Assembly: GCF_002087085.1 (NCBI RefSeq)
Contig: NZ_MWQY01000005.1
Coordinates: forward strand, 124,001 to 188,000
DNA length: 64,000 bases
Reading direction: 5' to 3'
The position numbers and the translations under genes were made by a program. The notes below the pieces were generated by a model. It was given only the letters and a program-made list of their open reading frames with translations, searched no databases and had not been told where the DNA came from. Of this stretch, positions 48,921 through 58,952 are shown in pieces. Each line of letters begins with the position of its first letter. Position 1 is the stretch's first letter.

Positions 48921-50678
48921 CTATCTGCGATAGATCAGCTCGGTATAATCTTCCGGTATCCTCTCCAGAATCTCAGAATCGATAACGAAGAGTCCGTCCC
49001 GGGCATCGGACGAGGCATATACCATTCCCCCGCCTTCATCGATCCACACATCAAGGCTGCCCTGGTTCTTCCCCTCGGAGTCACGCACTTTTATGCGGTA
49101 ATCCGGTTTTTCAGAAGAAAGGCCTCTTGTGGCGGATTCATCTGCTGAGAGCTTCCGGGTGTAAACCAGTTTTTCCAGGGCAAAAACAAGGCCCCATGAC
49201 TTCGGCGAATCTGCGGCGCTGCGCTCAGGTTCCGTGAGCAGCCAGTCGGAACCGGATTTTTCAAGGATTATGGTTTCGTTCTTCCCCAGAATCTCTAAGG
49301 AACCGACAGTTCGGGATTCAAAGGAGAGCAGGTGCCGGTCTTCGAAGTAATCCGCATCGATCTGAAAACCCTCGAGAAAATCAGCGGAAACCGCAAAAGG
49401 TCTGTTCCTGAAGGAGGAAAACCCGGGAAGAACTTCGCCTTTCACAGCTTTTTTGCCGAGTTCTACCCAGTGCTGAGTTCCATCATCCTCTGTAAGAGTT
49501 ACCTGCAGCTGTATTGCTGTATTGTTCTTCTGTACATCAAGGTCTGCCGGAAGCTCTTCAACATCAGTCAGGGTAAGCAGATTGATAAGCTGCCTGACAG
49601 CTGCATCATCCGCAGGAATGTCCTGTTCATTCGAAAGGTACCAGCCGCTTTGCTCTTTTTTCAGCCCGATGTCCCCGGACTCTGTGCTGATAATAATTTC
49701 CTGAATAGCATCGGGGTCAAACCTCAGGACTGCCCTTGAACGGAGCTGATCATAGCTGATGGGCAGATTGCTCACTAGCCCCCGGGGAATACCCAGGGCG
49801 TAGGGTATGCGGTCGGTTGTAATATACTGAAGGTCCTCTCCGTAGGAGTCGAAAAAGGATACGGCCTCTGTGCTGCCGTCGCTGATGGTAAACTCAACTC
49901 TGAGTTGGGGCTCTGCCTGTAGCGCAGCTTCCCGGGAATCGGGAAAATCGCTGGCCCGAAGAGAGAGAATCCCCTCAAGCAGTTTCCTGACTTCTCCGTT
50001 GTTGCCGGGTGCCGCTTTCGGGGAGCTAAGCTCCCACCAGGGGGGCTGTTTTTCTACGATTACGGGACTCGTATTTCCGGTTAAAGCACCGCTCAGTCTG
50101 ATTTTCTCGATACTACTGATGGAAAGGTCCAGAACTGTCCTGTCCCGGTACTCTTCCAGGGGAAGGGTAAATACTTCTCTGGCGTCTCTATAGGCTTTAT
50201 AGTAATTGCCGCTGGACGGTACGTAGGTATATACATACCCCACATCCAGGGGAATCTGTCTTCCCAGGGAGAAGCTCTCTGTCTGACCGTCCCGGGACGA
50301 CACCGTAACGCTGATAACTTCGCTGCCTTCGAGACCGAACTCTTCAAGAGGCAGACTTGTGTCAATCTCCATGGGGACGCCCACCAGTTTGTCCACGGTT
50401 TCGATAACGGACTGCATGGTTTCGGCCGAGGCCAGGCTGTAGAGGGGCTCTTCCATGACCCACCCGTCCTCTGTTCTGGAGAACTTCAGAGCCGGTCGAT
50501 CTGCGGTTTCGATACTCAGCGTACTGATTGAATCCGCCTCCATGGTAACGAGGGGATCGACCCTGCGCTCCTCCTCCCCGTCCGCGCCACCGGTAACAAG
50601 GAGGAGAATCAGCAAAAGCGCAAATATAGCGCTCAAGATCAGTACAGGCTTTATTTTTTCCATCGGGATACCAGCCAT
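48921..50678 (-). CDS. Membrane-anchored protein with tandem DUF4340-like domains
   Basis: N-terminal TM, then four similar units (..DGWVMEEP, ..WWELSSP, ..SGWYLS, ..SDWLLTEP) linked by R(D/S)R-type motifs (YRDRTVL, LRSRAVL, FEDRHLL). Follows a GldG-like gene. Confidence 0.8.
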   Translation of the reverse strand: MAGIPMEKIKPVLILSAIFALLLILLLVTGGADGEEERRVDPLVTMEADSISTLSIETADRPALKFSRTEDGWVMEEPLYSLASAETMQSVIETVDKLVGVPMEIDTSLPLEEFGLEGSEVISVTVSSRDGQTESFSLGRQIPLDVGYVYTYVPSSGNYYKAYRDAREVFTLPLEEYRDRTVLDLSISSIEKIRLSGALTGNTSPVIVEKQPPWWELSSPKAAPGNNGEVRKLLEGILSLRASDFPDSREAALQAEPQLRVEFTISDGSTEAVSFFDSYGEDLQYITTDRIPYALGIPRGLVSNLPISYDQLRSRAVLRFDPDAIQEIIISTESGDIGLKKEQSGWYLSNEQDIPADDAAVRQLINLLTLTDVEELPADLDVQKNNTAIQLQVTLTEDDGTQHWVELGKKAVKGEVLPGFSSFRNRPFAVSADFLEGFQIDADYFEDRHLLSFESRTVGSLEILGKNETIILEKSGSDWLLTEPERSAADSPKSWGLVFALEKLVYTRKLSADESATRGLSSEKPDYRIKVRDSEGKNQGSLDVWIDEGGGMVYASSDARDGLFVIDSEILERIPEDYTELIYRR

Positions 50679-51994
50679 ACACCTGCTCCGGCGATCAGCG
50701 CCATGGCGGGAAGCAGAACAATAAGCAGCCAGAAGACGGCCCGGGTTTGTCCCTCCGTAAGAATTATGGGGGTGTGGCTTGGATCCCTGGACCTGATGCC
50801 AATAAGACTCGGATCGCTGGTCAACCAGGCAAAGGTATTCATGATGAGGTCTTTATTTCCGGAGACATCAATGTAATCGTCGTCCGCAAAATCCGAATCT
50901 CCGTAGATGACCATTCTGCCGCCGCCTTTCCCGTCGGAATCCTCCCTGCTCAGGGCTACACCGAGGGTCAGGGGTCCGGGTACATCAAGCTCCGGGTCAA
51001 AGCGCGTCTGGCCCTCTCCCAGGGCCTCATAATCCATCTCTGCCCAGGTATCGGCGCCGGTCCTTGCAAGAACACTTATTTCCGTCCCTTCCGGTTTTTC
51101 TTCGGCCACAGTAATCGAGCGGGCTATGGGAAAAAAGGTAATCAGATCAATGGATTCGGTTATACTGTGACGACCGTAGTCGGAGACGATGGGGAACAGA
51201 TAATCCCCGCCCATCACCTGGCTTCTCTCGTCCACGATCGTGTCGATTCCCAGAAGGATCCCGTTTTCTGCGAGGTACTCCTCAAGACCTGTACGCCTGT
51301 AGGGATCGGCCATGAAAAGTATGTTTCCCCCGGTTTCAAAATATTCTGTAATCAGTCCGATTTCGTGGTCCGAGAGGGCCTCCCGAAGTCCGGCTATGAC
51401 AATAGCGTCTGCATCATCGGGTATGCTGTCTTCCCTCAGCAGAAGAAGTTCCCGTGTCTCGTAGTGCTCGTCCTGAAGTGCGCCTGCGAGTTCTCTGAAA
51501 CCTTCTTCCGGAGTCTTCTCACCGTGACCGGATAAAAAGTAGAGAACGCTTGTGGAGTCAACGGCAAGACGGTGTATTGCGTTGGTGATGGATTCTTCTT
51601 CCTGACTTACCACCTTGGTTTCCCGTCCCTGATACTCCAGTACAATGGTACCGTTACTGCCGACCTCGTATTTTTCAACAAGACGGGGATTCTTGGACGG
51701 ATCGACCAGCTCGAACTCGAAGCCGGTATAACTCTGTCGGTACTGATCCAGGAGGTCCCGGGTGCTTTCCCGGTTGTAGTCATCGGTCAGAAAAAAGGCC
51801 GTTGCCTTCAGGGGGGAGCCGTCAAGCTCCCTGAGCACATTGAGGCTCTTCTCCGACAGACTGTAAAGCTTTCGATCAGTCAGATCTGAGCGCAGGGTAA
51901 AGCGATACGAAAGGACCTGGACAATGACCAGAATCGCCAATAATAGAAGGGGAATAACCAGTAAAGAATAATCAAAAGAACGTTTAGTCGCCAT
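50651..51994 (-). CDS. GldG-like ABC transporter auxiliary component
   Basis: DLTDRKLYSLSEKS, FELVDP, YFLSGHGE, IYGDSDF, GNKDL, C-terminal TM. Confidence 0.88.
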   Translation of the reverse strand: MATKRSFDYSLLVIPLLLLAILVIVQVLSYRFTLRSDLTDRKLYSLSEKSLNVLRELDGSPLKATAFFLTDDYNRESTRDLLDQYRQSYTGFEFELVDPSKNPRLVEKYEVGSNGTIVLEYQGRETKVVSQEEESITNAIHRLAVDSTSVLYFLSGHGEKTPEEGFRELAGALQDEHYETRELLLLREDSIPDDADAIVIAGLREALSDHEIGLITEYFETGGNILFMADPYRRTGLEEYLAENGILLGIDTIVDERSQVMGGDYLFPIVSDYGRHSITESIDLITFFPIARSITVAEEKPEGTEISVLARTGADTWAEMDYEALGEGQTRFDPELDVPGPLTLGVALSREDSDGKGGGRMVIYGDSDFADDDYIDVSGNKDLIMNTFAWLTSDPSLIGIRSRDPSHTPIILTEGQTRAVFWLLIVLLPAMALIAGAGVWLVSRWKK

Positions 51995-51997
51995 AAT

Positions 51998-52768
51998 TCA
52001 ACTCTTCCATGTACGTCGCTGCAGATTTATCAGGGTTAATCCGGCGAAGAAAACTGTAATGTTCAGAAAGAAAATCGCATCATTGGAGTTGATTACTCCG
52101 CGATTAAAGTCACGAAAGTGGTTATAGACGGACATCTCTGAAAGGACTCTTCCGAAAACGCCGGGAACAAACGAGGCGGTCCATTCAATTGCCCACAGGA
52201 GCAGGATTATTCCGAAGGACAACACCGCTGCGATTATCTGGTTTTCCGTGAGGGAGGAAAAGAAGGTACCTATGGAAATAAACGCAAGTCCGACAAAGAA
52301 GAGTCCCAGGTACGAGGTCAGTACCGGAATTATCTCGATCCGTCCGAAAAACGATACAACCAGAGGAAACAGAAGCGTGAGCCCCAGGGTGATGGCCAGT
52401 ACGGCAAAGGCGGAAAAAACCTTCGCCAGGACCACGTCCATATATCGCACCGGAAAGCTGATGAGGAGCTCAAGGGTTCCGGTCTTTTTTTCCTCGGAAA
52501 AAACCCTCATGGTAATCAGGGGTACCAGGATCAGCATGACAAAGAGGTAATTTGAATGCACGGGGGCAAAGACCGCTTCGGTAATATTGAGGACCATGGA
52601 TCCGGAGGAACCGTAGGATCCCTGCATGCTCAGCATGGAAAAATAGATAAAATTACGATAGAAAAAATACCCGCAAACCAGGGTGAACATGGCTATGTAG
52701 ACATAGACAACGGGTGAGCTGAAATAGGATTTGAGTTCGCGCTTTGTAATTGCCAGAAAACCGTTCAT
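51998..52768 (-). CDS. GldF-like ABC-2 permease
   Basis: KRELKSYFSSP, PLITMRVFSEEKKTGTLELL, SSLTENQIIAA. Confidence 0.9.
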   Translation of the reverse strand: MNGFLAITKRELKSYFSSPVVYVYIAMFTLVCGYFFYRNFIYFSMLSMQGSYGSSGSMVLNITEAVFAPVHSNYLFVMLILVPLITMRVFSEEKKTGTLELLISFPVRYMDVVLAKVFSAFAVLAITLGLTLLFPLVVSFFGRIEIIPVLTSYLGLFFVGLAFISIGTFFSSLTENQIIAAVLSFGIILLLWAIEWTASFVPGVFGRVLSEMSVYNHFRDFNRGVINSNDAIFFLNITVFFAGLTLINLQRRTWKS

Positions 52769-53712
52769 ACAGCGCCGCCCTCCTCTGTAACAAGGTTCAG
52801 GAATACATCTTCCAGACCCGCAGTCACCACCGACAACTCCAGAAGGCGGTGATTCTTTTCCAGGATCTTTCGGACCATCCGATCCCGGGGATCGTTTTCC
52901 AGATCCGCGACCACGCGGAACTGTACTCCGCCGGAGACCGGATGATGCACTGTTCTTATGTCCCGTATTCCCTGAAGGGATTCGAGGTCAGCGGTAATCT
53001 CCTGTTCAGGTCCGTCGACGGTGAGGAGGAACTCCGAGTGGGACTGAAGCCGCTGAGCCAGGGCTTCAGGTGAGTCCTGGGCCAGGATTTTTCCCTTTGA
53101 AATGATCACAACCCTGTCACAGATCATACTGACCTCCGGCAGGATGTGGCTGCTGAGAATGACGGTGCGGTTTCCCTTCAGACCCTGAATGAGTTTACGG
53201 AACTCGAAGGTCTGGGTCGGATCGAGACCGACAGTCGGTTCATCGAGAATGATAACGGGAGGATCCCCCACAAGGGCCTGGGCAAGACCGAGACGCTGTC
53301 GATAACCCTTCGACAGTTTTCGTGCCGTCCGGGTTCTGACAGATTCCAGGCCGCATTCTGCAACGACCTTGTCGATCTGCTCTGATCGCTGCCGGGGAGG
53401 AACCTTTTTTATTTCACAGACGAAACGAAGGTATCCCTCTACGGTCATATCCAGATAAACCGGAGCACTTTCCGGCAGATAGCCGATACGCTGCTTTACC
53501 TCCAGGGGATTACTGAGAATGGAATATCCATCCACCTTGATGTCCCCTGAACTCGGCGTAAACAGACCGGTCATAATCCGCATGGTTGTGGTTTTCCCAG
53601 CGCCGTTGGGACCGAGGAAACCGACTGTCTCCCCTGCCTGGACGCTGAAGCTTGCATTATCTACGGCCCTTACCGGGCCGTAGTTTTTCGTTAATTCTTC
53701 TACTGAGATCAT
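52765..53712 (-). CDS. GldA-like ABC ATP-binding protein
   Basis: GPNGAGKTT, LSKGYRQR, LDEPTVGLDP, SSHILPEV, LEDVFL. Confidence 0.93.
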   Translation of the reverse strand: MISVEELTKNYGPVRAVDNASFSVQAGETVGFLGPNGAGKTTTMRIMTGLFTPSSGDIKVDGYSILSNPLEVKQRIGYLPESAPVYLDMTVEGYLRFVCEIKKVPPRQRSEQIDKVVAECGLESVRTRTARKLSKGYRQRLGLAQALVGDPPVIILDEPTVGLDPTQTFEFRKLIQGLKGNRTVILSSHILPEVSMICDRVVIISKGKILAQDSPEALAQRLQSHSEFLLTVDGPEQEITADLESLQGIRDIRTVHHPVSGGVQFRVVADLENDPRDRMVRKILEKNHRLLELSVVTAGLEDVFLNLVTEEGGAV

Positions 53713-53747
53713 ATGTGGTATCAATTAATAACCAAAAATGCTGTATC

Positions 53748-55034
53748 TTACAAGTAACCGAAAACCTTCGGAGCAAAAAGTACCAGGTCCGGCATAAAGG
53801 ATATCATTCCGATAACCAGAAGGTGGATAACAAAGAAGGGAAACACCGCCTTTGCCACCCGTTCCATACTGATTTTTGCGATATCCGCACTGATGAACAG
53901 GCACAAACCCACGGGAGGTGTAATCAGCCCCAGGGCGAGGGCGGTAATCATCAGCATACCGAACTGGATTTCATGCAGGCCCGCCTGAGCTGCCAGAGGT
54001 GCAAGTGCCGGTGCAAGCATGATGATTGCAGCGCCGGGGTCCATTACCGTACCGACTAAAAGGAGGATAAGGTCGATGAGCAGAATAATTACCACGGGAC
54101 TTTCGCTTATGGAAAGAATCGTGCGGGTAATCATGGCCGGAACCTGGTAGGTACTGAGAACCCAGGAGAAGAGGTTCGCCGCTGCCAGGAGCAGGAAAAC
54201 CGAACCCGTGCTCAATGCAGAGTTAAGGATTATCTTCGGAAGGTCCCGGTACTTGACAGTCTTGAGAACGTACAGGGATATAAAGAAGGCATAACCTACA
54301 GCGACGCCCGCTGCTTCGGTGGGTGTAAAGACGCCGCTCAGGATTCCTCCAAGGATAATCAGCGGCATTATGAGGGCCACTATGGCCTGTCCGATTATGG
54401 AAAGTTTCTCCTTTGTGGTAAGGTTCAGCACTTTCTTGGGGAAGTTCAGTTTCTTCGCAAGAAAGATAACCACCGCCATGTCGGATAAACCGAAGAGGAC
54501 ACCCAGGGGGATACCGGCAGCAAAGAGGGCTCCGATGGACTGCCCCATGGTGGCCCCGTAGATTACCGCCAGGATACTTGGAGGAATGATCGGCCCCTGC
54601 AGGGATGACGATGCGGTTACCGCCGCACTGAAATCAGGGGTATAACCGTCTTTCTCCATGGCCGGGATGAGCATGGACCCAAGGGCCGAAACGTCAGCTG
54701 CTGCCGAACCGGTTATACCGCCGAAGAACATGCTGGCTATGATATTTGCGTGGGCGAGAGCACCCCTCATTCTTCCGACAAGCATATCCGCGAACTTGAT
54801 CAGGCGTTCGGTGATCCTGCCGCTGTTCATCAGGTCCCCCGCCAGGATAAAGAAGGGAATACACATCAGCGGAAAGGAATCAAGTCCGGTAAATATGCGC
54901 TGGGCGACTACTTCCATGGGCACCGTTCCCATGAAAGCGACCCCCACGAGTCCCATGAGGCCGAGAGACACCCCGACGGGAACACCCACGAAGAGGGTGA
55001 AAACAAATGTTAATACTGCTAAAAAGAGTCCCAT
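53748..55034 (-). CDS. dctM: TRAP transporter large permease
   Basis: IPFFILAG, GITGSAAAD, IIPPS, GVFTPTEA, ITPPVG. Confidence 0.93.
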   Translation of the reverse strand: MGLFLAVLTFVFTLFVGVPVGVSLGLMGLVGVAFMGTVPMEVVAQRIFTGLDSFPLMCIPFFILAGDLMNSGRITERLIKFADMLVGRMRGALAHANIIASMFFGGITGSAAADVSALGSMLIPAMEKDGYTPDFSAAVTASSSLQGPIIPPSILAVIYGATMGQSIGALFAAGIPLGVLFGLSDMAVVIFLAKKLNFPKKVLNLTTKEKLSIIGQAIVALIMPLIILGGILSGVFTPTEAAGVAVGYAFFISLYVLKTVKYRDLPKIILNSALSTGSVFLLLAAANLFSWVLSTYQVPAMITRTILSISESPVVIILLIDLILLLVGTVMDPGAAIIMLAPALAPLAAQAGLHEIQFGMLMITALALGLITPPVGLCLFISADIAKISMERVAKAVFPFFVIHLLVIGMISFMPDLVLFAPKVFGYL

Positions 55035-55090
55035 TTAACAATGACCTCCGATCCTAAAGCTATAAGAATGTACGACCACCCCGGTTTGCA

Positions 55091-55579
55091 TTAAGACCGG
55101 ACCAGTTTGCGCAACATGAGAATAAAAGATTCCAGAGAAAGAAAAACTCCTCCCACTGGAATTGAGAGATAGGGAATCCACATCGGCCAGTTCATGCTCG
55201 GCGAACGCTGATTGACAACAAAAATTGCCATCTTGAAGCCTGTATAGCTTATGGTGGCAAAGAAAGCGAACATGAACACATCGGCAATAAAAAATGCGAC
55301 GGGGGTGTATTTACCCCACACCCTTTCAACCAGCGATGAAAGGCCTATGTGGCGTCCCTCCCTGAGAGCGATGGCCATGGAAAGGAGGGCTGTCCAGACC
55401 ATGATGTACCTGGACATCTCTTCGGACCATGAGGGAGCGGAATTCAGGACGTAGCGCATAAAAACCGCGTATAGAATGATGACAGTCAGTATGCTGTAAA
55501 AAAAGACCAGCACAGGTCTCATGATCTTCTGATACAGCTCACTGAATTTGTCTAATCCTGCAAGCAATGATTTAACCAT
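55091..55579 (-). CDS. dctQ: TRAP transporter small permease
   Basis: VFMRYV, WSEEMSRY, RHI, SPSM, four TM segments. Start reassigned to 55579. Confidence 0.9.
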   Translation of the reverse strand: MVKSLLAGLDKFSELYQKIMRPVLVFFYSILTVIILYAVFMRYVLNSAPSWSEEMSRYIMVWTALLSMAIALREGRHIGLSSLVERVWGKYTPVAFFIADVFMFAFFATISYTGFKMAIFVVNQRSPSMNWPMWIPYLSIPVGGVFLSLESFILMLRKLVRS

Positions 55580-55612
55580 ATATACCCACTCACGTAAAAT
55601 TAGAATAATGAA

Positions 55613-55638
55613 GGATGCCCCGTTTTCGCGGGGCATCC
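55613..55638 (-). terminator. Stem-loop after dctP (partial terminator or mRNA stabiliser)
   Basis: 10-bp stem GGATGCCCCG/CGGGGCATCC, followed by TTCATT on the minus strand. Confidence 0.65.
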
Positions 55639-55665
55639 ATTGATGTTTGAACTTTGTGTAAAAGA

Positions 55666-56757
55666 CTACTGCTGGATTACAAAACCGTTTCCGGGTTCTG
55701 TTCCAGAAGGAGCTACGAGGCCTTTCTTGACGGTGTCGATGGTTTTCATGAAGTCATTAACCCACTTGGGGTCGATTTCGTTCTTGATCCACTCCATAAC
55801 CGGGCCCTGGGTCGCCTGCTGGAACTGAGCGATCTCTTCGGCAGAGGGGGTATAAACTTCCATACCCTCTTCGATCAGAGCGCCAACGGCGGTTACGTTG
55901 GAAACATAGGTTTCCAGAGACTTGTGAATGGTACCGGAGATATCAGCGCCTTCGTAAACGATCTGACGCAGATCTGCGGGCAGACTGTTGTAGAATTTGT
56001 TGTTGATGAAGGTGAAGTCGATACTGTAGATGTGTCCGTCCAGGGTGTAGTACTTCTGTACTTCATAGAACTTCATGGCCTGTACGAGGCTCGGGGGATT
56101 CTCCTGTCCGTCTACAACCTTCTGCTGCAGAGCGCTGTAGAGCTCGCCCCAGGCGATGGGTACTGCGTTGGCGCCGAGTTCATTGACCATTGCCATGTGT
56201 CCGCGGTGTTCCATGGTCCGGATCTTGAGACCCTTCATGTCAGCGGGAGTACGAACGGGGCGTACGTTGTTGGAGAAGTTACGGAAACCGTTCTGGTTAA
56301 CGTCCAGATTGCGGATACCGGTATCCTTCACCATTTTGCCCATCAGGTTCTTCATGTAGGGGCTGTCGGCAACTGCCCAGGCTTCAGTGTAGGTGCGGAA
56401 TGCATAGGGAACGGAAAGAGCCAGAATCTCCGGGAAGAAGATACCTACGGTTCCTTCACTTACGTTACACATCTGAATACTGCCGAGCTGAACGCCTTCC
56501 AGCTGTTCCCGTTCGGAACCAAGTTCGTTGGCGGGATAGATCTCTACCTTGATCCGTCCGCCGGACCGGGCTTCAACGTAATTCTTGAACATTACGGCAT
56601 CCGCATGGGCGGAAGCGGTCAGTACATCAGGCGGATCTCCGGTGGCATACTTGATGGTGTACTGGGCCTTGCTGGTGTCCGCAGCTTCTCCTTCGCCGGC
56701 GGCAAAGAGAGAGAGGGAGAAGAGGGCGACCAGTAGAACAACTAACAATTTTCGCAT
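55666..56757 (-). CDS. dctP: TRAP transporter substrate-binding protein
   Basis: Signal peptide, YPANELG, NGFRN, KIRTM (conserved carboxylate-binding Arg), DGQENP. Start 56757 after AAGGAGG. Confidence 0.93.
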   Translation of the reverse strand: MRKLLVVLLVALFSLSLFAAGEGEAADTSKAQYTIKYATGDPPDVLTASAHADAVMFKNYVEARSGGRIKVEIYPANELGSEREQLEGVQLGSIQMCNVSEGTVGIFFPEILALSVPYAFRTYTEAWAVADSPYMKNLMGKMVKDTGIRNLDVNQNGFRNFSNNVRPVRTPADMKGLKIRTMEHRGHMAMVNELGANAVPIAWGELYSALQQKVVDGQENPPSLVQAMKFYEVQKYYTLDGHIYSIDFTFINNKFYNSLPADLRQIVYEGADISGTIHKSLETYVSNVTAVGALIEEGMEVYTPSAEEIAQFQQATQGPVMEWIKNEIDPKWVNDFMKTIDTVKKGLVAPSGTEPGNGFVIQQ

Positions 56758-56796
56758 ACAAAACCTCCTTAGGTTACTGTGAATCGTACACAATTT

Positions 56797-56825
56797 ACCG
56801 TATCATAGGTCTGATATCATGTCAA
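56797..56825 (-). promoter_or_regulatory. dctP promoter with putative operator in the spacer
   Basis: Minus strand TTGACA-TGATATCAGACCTATGA-TACGGT; 23/25 identical to the tctC promoter. Confidence 0.8.
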
Positions 56826-56863
56826 ATAAAAAGATCTGGGGTTCAAAAAAATCATTAAAATAT

Positions 56864-56892
56864 TTGACAATGTCTATTCAGCCCCCTAGGAT
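56864..56892 (+). promoter_or_regulatory. Promoter of the 2-hydroxyacid dehydrogenase gene (divergent from dctP)
   Basis: TTGACA-17 bp-TAGGAT. Confidence 0.7.
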
Positions 56893-56936
56893 TCATGGTA
56901 GTAGATTCGAAGGTACATCGCAAGGAGATTTCGAAT

Positions 56937-57908
56937 ATGGCGGAGCAGCAGGAAATTCTGGTTACCATGGCAACAAATTTACGGGACATCCTGTATGATC
57001 ATATGGAAAAAAGGATTTCCTCCGCAGGTTTCAAATTGAATGCTGTTTTCAGCGATACCCCCCTTGAAGACGCAAAGCTCAAAGAGAAGATAAAAAATGC
57101 CGCCGGGTTCATTGTAAGCCTGGAAAAGGTCAATGACGATCTGCTGAAGGGGGCAAAAAATCTGAAGGTCGTCTCGAAATACGGTGTAGGTACTGACAAC
57201 ATCGATCTTGCAGCCGCCGAAAGTCACGGCGTAGAAATAGCCAACTGTCCGGGTTCCAACAGTAATGCCGTAGCGGAACTCGTGATCGGACTGATGATTA
57301 CCATGTCCCGGAACACTCAGAATCTCTGTGACAGACTCAGGGAAGGCAGGTGGACCACGGAAGTAGGATTTGAACTTGCCGGCAAACGGGTGGGCATCCT
57401 GGGATTCGGTAATATCGGACGCAGGGTCGCAAAATATCTGAAGCCCTTTACAGGGGATATTCTTGTCTACGATGTCTTTGTGGACAGAAAAGCTGAAGGT
57501 GAGTACGGAGTGCGGTACACGTCCGTGGATGAGATCATCGAAACATCCGACTACATTACGCTGCATCTGCCCCTGCTTCCTGAAACACGGCACCTGATTG
57601 ACAAGGACAGCCTTGCAAGGATGAAAAAAGGTGTATATCTGATCAACGCGGCCCGCGGAGGAGTGGTCGATGAGGATGCCCTCTTCGACGCCGTAGTCAG
57701 CGGAAGGGTTGCCGGCGCGGGAGTCGATGCCTTTGAGTTTGAACCGCCCACAGCTTCCAGAATGCTGAAGGATGAGCGTTTTATTGTATTACCCCACATC
57801 GGGGCCGCCACCGTTGAAGCCAGTTTCAATATGGTGAACATGGCGATAGACAATGTTCTCTCCGTTCTCGCAGGAAAAGGGAATCCCCATCCGGTCAGGA
57901 TGGTTTAA
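56937..57908 (+). CDS. D-isomer-specific 2-hydroxyacid dehydrogenase (phosphoglycerate-dehydrogenase-like, no ACT domain)
   Basis: YGVGTDNID, AVAE, GILGFGNIG, INAARGG, DAFEFEP, PHIGA. Start 56937 after AAGGAG. Confidence 0.9.
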   Translation: MAEQQEILVTMATNLRDILYDHMEKRISSAGFKLNAVFSDTPLEDAKLKEKIKNAAGFIVSLEKVNDDLLKGAKNLKVVSKYGVGTDNIDLAAAESHGVEIANCPGSNSNAVAELVIGLMITMSRNTQNLCDRLREGRWTTEVGFELAGKRVGILGFGNIGRRVAKYLKPFTGDILVYDVFVDRKAEGEYGVRYTSVDEIIETSDYITLHLPLLPETRHLIDKDSLARMKKGVYLINAARGGVVDEDALFDAVVSGRVAGAGVDAFEFEPPTASRMLKDERFIVLPHIGAATVEASFNMVNMAIDNVLSVLAGKGNPHPVRMV

Positions 57909-57909
57909 A

Positions 57910-57938
57910 TTGACATGACATCAGACCCATGATAGGCT
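57910..57938 (+). promoter_or_regulatory. tctC promoter with putative operator in the spacer
   Basis: TTGACA-TGACATCAGACCCATGA-TAGGCT. Confidence 0.8.
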
Positions 57939-57973
57939 TGAATGTCACGTATTCGTACTTAGGAGGTACATGA

Positions 57974-58936
57974 ATGAAAAAATTTTTAGCGGTGTTACTG
58001 ATCCTCGGGCTCTCCCTGGTGGTGTTTGCCGAAGGACAGGGAGAAGCCAAGAAGATCGACTACCCGACTAAACCGATCCATATGGTTGTTCCATGGGCAG
58101 CGGGTGGCGGAACTGACGCTGTAGCCCGGGTGCTCGCAAAAGAGGCAGAACCCTTCCTCGGAACCACCATCGTTGTGGAAAACCGGACAGGCGGCGGCGG
58201 AGCTGTCGGCCACAGTGCTGTTTCTCAGGCAAAACCCGATGGATACCTTATCGGTCTCACAACGGTAGAGCTGATTATTCAGCCCCATATTCAGGAAGTT
58301 CCCTACAGCCATGAAGAGATGGCTCCCATCATTCAGGTTAACTCTGATCCTGCGGCAATTACTGTTCCCGCTGACTCCGAATGGGACACCCTGGAAGAGT
58401 TTCTGGATTACGCCAGGGCACATCCCGGCGAACTGCAGTGCAGCGGTACCGGTTATGCCGGTATCTGGCATATCGCCCTGCTCGATCTCTCCCAGAAAAG
58501 CGGAACCGAGTTTACCTTTGTTCCTTCCCAGGGAGCAGCTCCTGCAGTTACCGAGCTTCTCGGCGGTCATATCGACTTTGTAAGCTGCAGTCCTCCCGAA
58601 GTAGCAGCCCAGGTAGAGGCCGGACAGCTGAAGATGCTGGCGGTTTCCGGCAATGAACGCCACCCCAACTTCCCCGATGTCCCCACCATGGCGGAACTCG
58701 GCTACGACGTACAGACGACTGTATGGCGGGGTGTTCAGGCTCCCAAGGGTACTCCCCAGGAAATCATCGACATTCTCCACGACGCCTTCAAAAAGGCTTA
58801 TGAATCCGAAAACTTCAAAAAGACCATGAATAACGTGGGGCTTGGTATGGTTTATCGGAACGGCGAGGATTTCAAAAAAATGATTGCCGAAAGTTACGAC
58901 ACCTTCGGCGAGATTGTTTCCGCCTTCGATCTTTAG
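57974..58936 (+). CDS. tctC: Tripartite tricarboxylate transporter substrate-binding protein
   Basis: YPTKPI, VPWAAGGGTD, VENRTGGGG, PDGY, LLGGHID, PDVPT, WRG. Confidence 0.93.
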   Translation: MKKFLAVLLILGLSLVVFAEGQGEAKKIDYPTKPIHMVVPWAAGGGTDAVARVLAKEAEPFLGTTIVVENRTGGGGAVGHSAVSQAKPDGYLIGLTTVELIIQPHIQEVPYSHEEMAPIIQVNSDPAAITVPADSEWDTLEEFLDYARAHPGELQCSGTGYAGIWHIALLDLSQKSGTEFTFVPSQGAAPAVTELLGGHIDFVSCSPPEVAAQVEAGQLKMLAVSGNERHPNFPDVPTMAELGYDVQTTVWRGVQAPKGTPQEIIDILHDAFKKAYESENFKKTMNNVGLGMVYRNGEDFKKMIAESYDTFGEIVSAFDL

Positions 58937-58952
58937 GTTTTTCTAAAAACTG

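Noticed and set aside
56937..57908. Calling the 2-hydroxyacid dehydrogenase serA
   Set aside because: It has no ACT domain and sits in a catabolic context; the family is clear but the substrate is not.
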